NCBI RefSeq assembly: GCF_963506605.1
Contig: NC_083280.1
Span: forward strand, 56,358,001-56,422,000
Direction: 5' to 3'
Origin: Zootoca vivipara
Lineage: Eukaryota
DNA length: 64,000 nucleotides
Notes under the pieces: model-generated
Database searches by the model: none
The model's input: only the letters and a program-made list of their open reading frames with translations
Told to the model about the DNA's origin: nothing
Part shown: positions 61,993 to 64,000 of the stretch, one piece after another
Numbering within the stretch: the first letter of the stretch is position 1
Layout of the letters: each line of letters starts with the position of its first letter
Program-made: the position numbers and the translations under genes

Positions 61993-63757
61993 AAAAAAAA
62001 ACCTTTGTGGGTGTCAGGAATTATACTTGGAAATATGGCAACCCTATAGATGTAATGTCGGGGAACGACGACGAATTATCAGTGCCCATTTAAATCCACA
62101 ATTGTTTGAACAACAAGGTTGTCATCACCAGTTTTGAGGCCATGCATCCTGCTTTCGGCTATTTTCATTTACATATACATATGTAATTATTGCCTTTGAA
62201 CTTCATTTGGGTGTCAAGTTCTCAGTTCAGAATGCAGCTTTCTCTTTTCCTTTACAAAAAATTAGCTCCATTCTGCCATGACCTGCGCCTTTTAAAATAC
62301 ATATTGATCCTAAATTATATTATTTAAAAGCTTTACTTAATGTACTTTTTACACCCTGAGTAATTGGCCAGTGTTCAAATCCTTTTATAAATAAAAATAT
62401 CACTTCATTTGCAGTTTTGGTTTCCCCTTTAATGATCAAGGGTGAGGGGAGAAATAATAAATTAGGGCTGAAATCCTACATACACTTTACCTGGAAGTAC
62501 ATCTCATTGAATTCAGTGGGACTTACTTCTCAGTAGACATGCATAAGATTGTGTTGCTAAAAGGCAGGCTGAAAAATTTAATCCTATTAGGTTTTTAAAG
62601 TAAGCTCAGGGCAGTAAATTATCCTAACCCTTGAGCAAATCCTGTTCCATAAATTTTGAGTAGGCTCTTCATCTCTCTCTCTCCTCATTCTTTGCAATCG
62701 TCTTCCCATGAACAGCAGCGTAAAGGAAGAAGATGTGTGTAGGAATGTTCTGCCTCAATGTTACCTTTTGAGGAGTTTTTGTGCTGTGTTTCAGACAGCC
62801 ACAGATTGGACGGAAGAAAGTATGCAGTCCCTAGCAAAGAAGCCAAAGGAAAGCTAAGAGTTTGTTCAGTGCATTCCAGCCTGTGCTGAATTTCCCTCAT
62901 CACACTCTTTAAATAAATACTGAGAACATGCTCACTCCCTTTCTGAAATCTGTAAAAAGACTGAGATGATCCTGAAGGTTAGTAAAGCATGCCATCACAT
63001 GTCCAGGTAGCTGCATTGCCTTAAGAAATGCTCTGCAGCAGAATTGCATGCTTAGGAATCCTTGTTCCCTTTTGTATTTCTCCATTGATCATGACAGTAA
63101 TATTAGAACATTGTTCATGTAACTCAACCTGACATGTCAGTCTGTCAGCACATTATGGCATCAAGCAGTTCCCTTGGTGTCCCACCCAATAATATCGTTC
63201 ATATCTCATTAACTGGTAGGAGAAAATACTACATAGAAAAATAACCCAGTGGGCTTTTACAGTTTCCCCCCACTTTTTAAAATTAATGAATTAAGGATAG
63301 ATGTCACTCCCACTCCTCCTTGCTTATGGGATTAGTCTCACCCAAGTGGCAGAAATGGCTTACCACATATGAATGATTCAAGCAGCTGTTGACTGCCAGG
63401 CTTACTTTTTTTCCGTTGTTTGGCTTGGCTGCTGTAAGAGTCTCCCATCAGCTGCATACATTTGGAGTCAGGAATCTGGAAGGGAAGGTGGAAGGTGTAA
63501 ATACAACCTATGAATTTGTATATTTGGCTGTTTTAATGTGTCCCACTGCCACAGATTCTATAATATATATCCTCCCTGCACGGAGTGATTTATACTTTTC
63601 CTTTCTTAATGGAATCAGTTCAGTGCAGAGTCCTAACCACCAGGCTCTTGGGGGAAGCCAGGAGAAAATTCAGAATTGCGAGGAAACCTGAACCAGAAAA
63701 CAGCAGCAAGGGTCAGAAAATAGTATATGAAGCTTACATTTGAAAGCCCTAAAGTTA

Positions 63758-64000
63758 AATCCTCCCCTTCATGGATCAATGCCTTGTCGTGGCGAAGGGG
63801 CTTGAATAACTCAGAGAAGCTATGAGCTATGCCATGCAGGGCCACCCAAGATGGACAGGTCATAGTGGAGAGTTTTGACTAAACGTGATCCACCTGGAGA
63901 AGGAACTGGCAAGCCACTCCAGTATCCCTGCCAAGAAAACTCCATGGAGAAAGACAACAGGCATATAAAAGTTATGAGGCTGGAAGATGAGCCCCTCAGG
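63758..64000 (+). mobile_element. RTE-BovB 5' UTR, element continues beyond the window
   Basis: GCCTTGTC..CTATGAGCTATGCCATGCAGGGCCACCCAAGATGGACAGGTCATAGTGGAGAG..GGCAAGCCACTCCAGTAT matches the recalled BovB 5' region. Confidence 0.85.

Noticed and set aside
1-64000. CRISPR arrays, operons or other prokaryotic systems
   Set aside because: The sequence is vertebrate repeat-rich DNA; there is no regularly spaced repeat-spacer array or gene-dense region

Overview
Vertebrate nuclear DNA, almost certainly from a squamate and probably a lacertid lizard, judged from Sauria SINEs, RTE-BovB, CR1, L2 tails and many hAT/Tc1-mariner MITEs. I find no credible host protein-coding exon, so this looks like a large intron or gene desert. 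Nearly all long ORFs in the track come from repeats or GC-rich MITEs. Best-supported novelties: (1) six TA-CCGG-TA octamers plus three TA-CCG-TA/TA-CGG-TA sites that look like excision scars of CCG-ended Tc1/mariner (pogo/Tigger-type) transposons, one of which is demonstrably an insertion into a repeat; (2) a ~136-bp hAT MITE family with one shared hairpin core but four different, internally co-varying TIR types; (3) a composite hAT MITE that captured an L2 3' tail and was then amplified; (4) GC-rich MITEs with a recurrent direct-inverted-direct internal architecture and NRF1/ETS motifs; (5) a clean solo LTR, decayed Penelope-type hammerhead ribozymes, multi-layer nested insertions, and a BovB 5' end at the window edge. 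Several repeat-free TAAT-rich blocks may be conserved enhancers, which cannot be verified without alignments. Family names are from recall of consensus features, not database searches.
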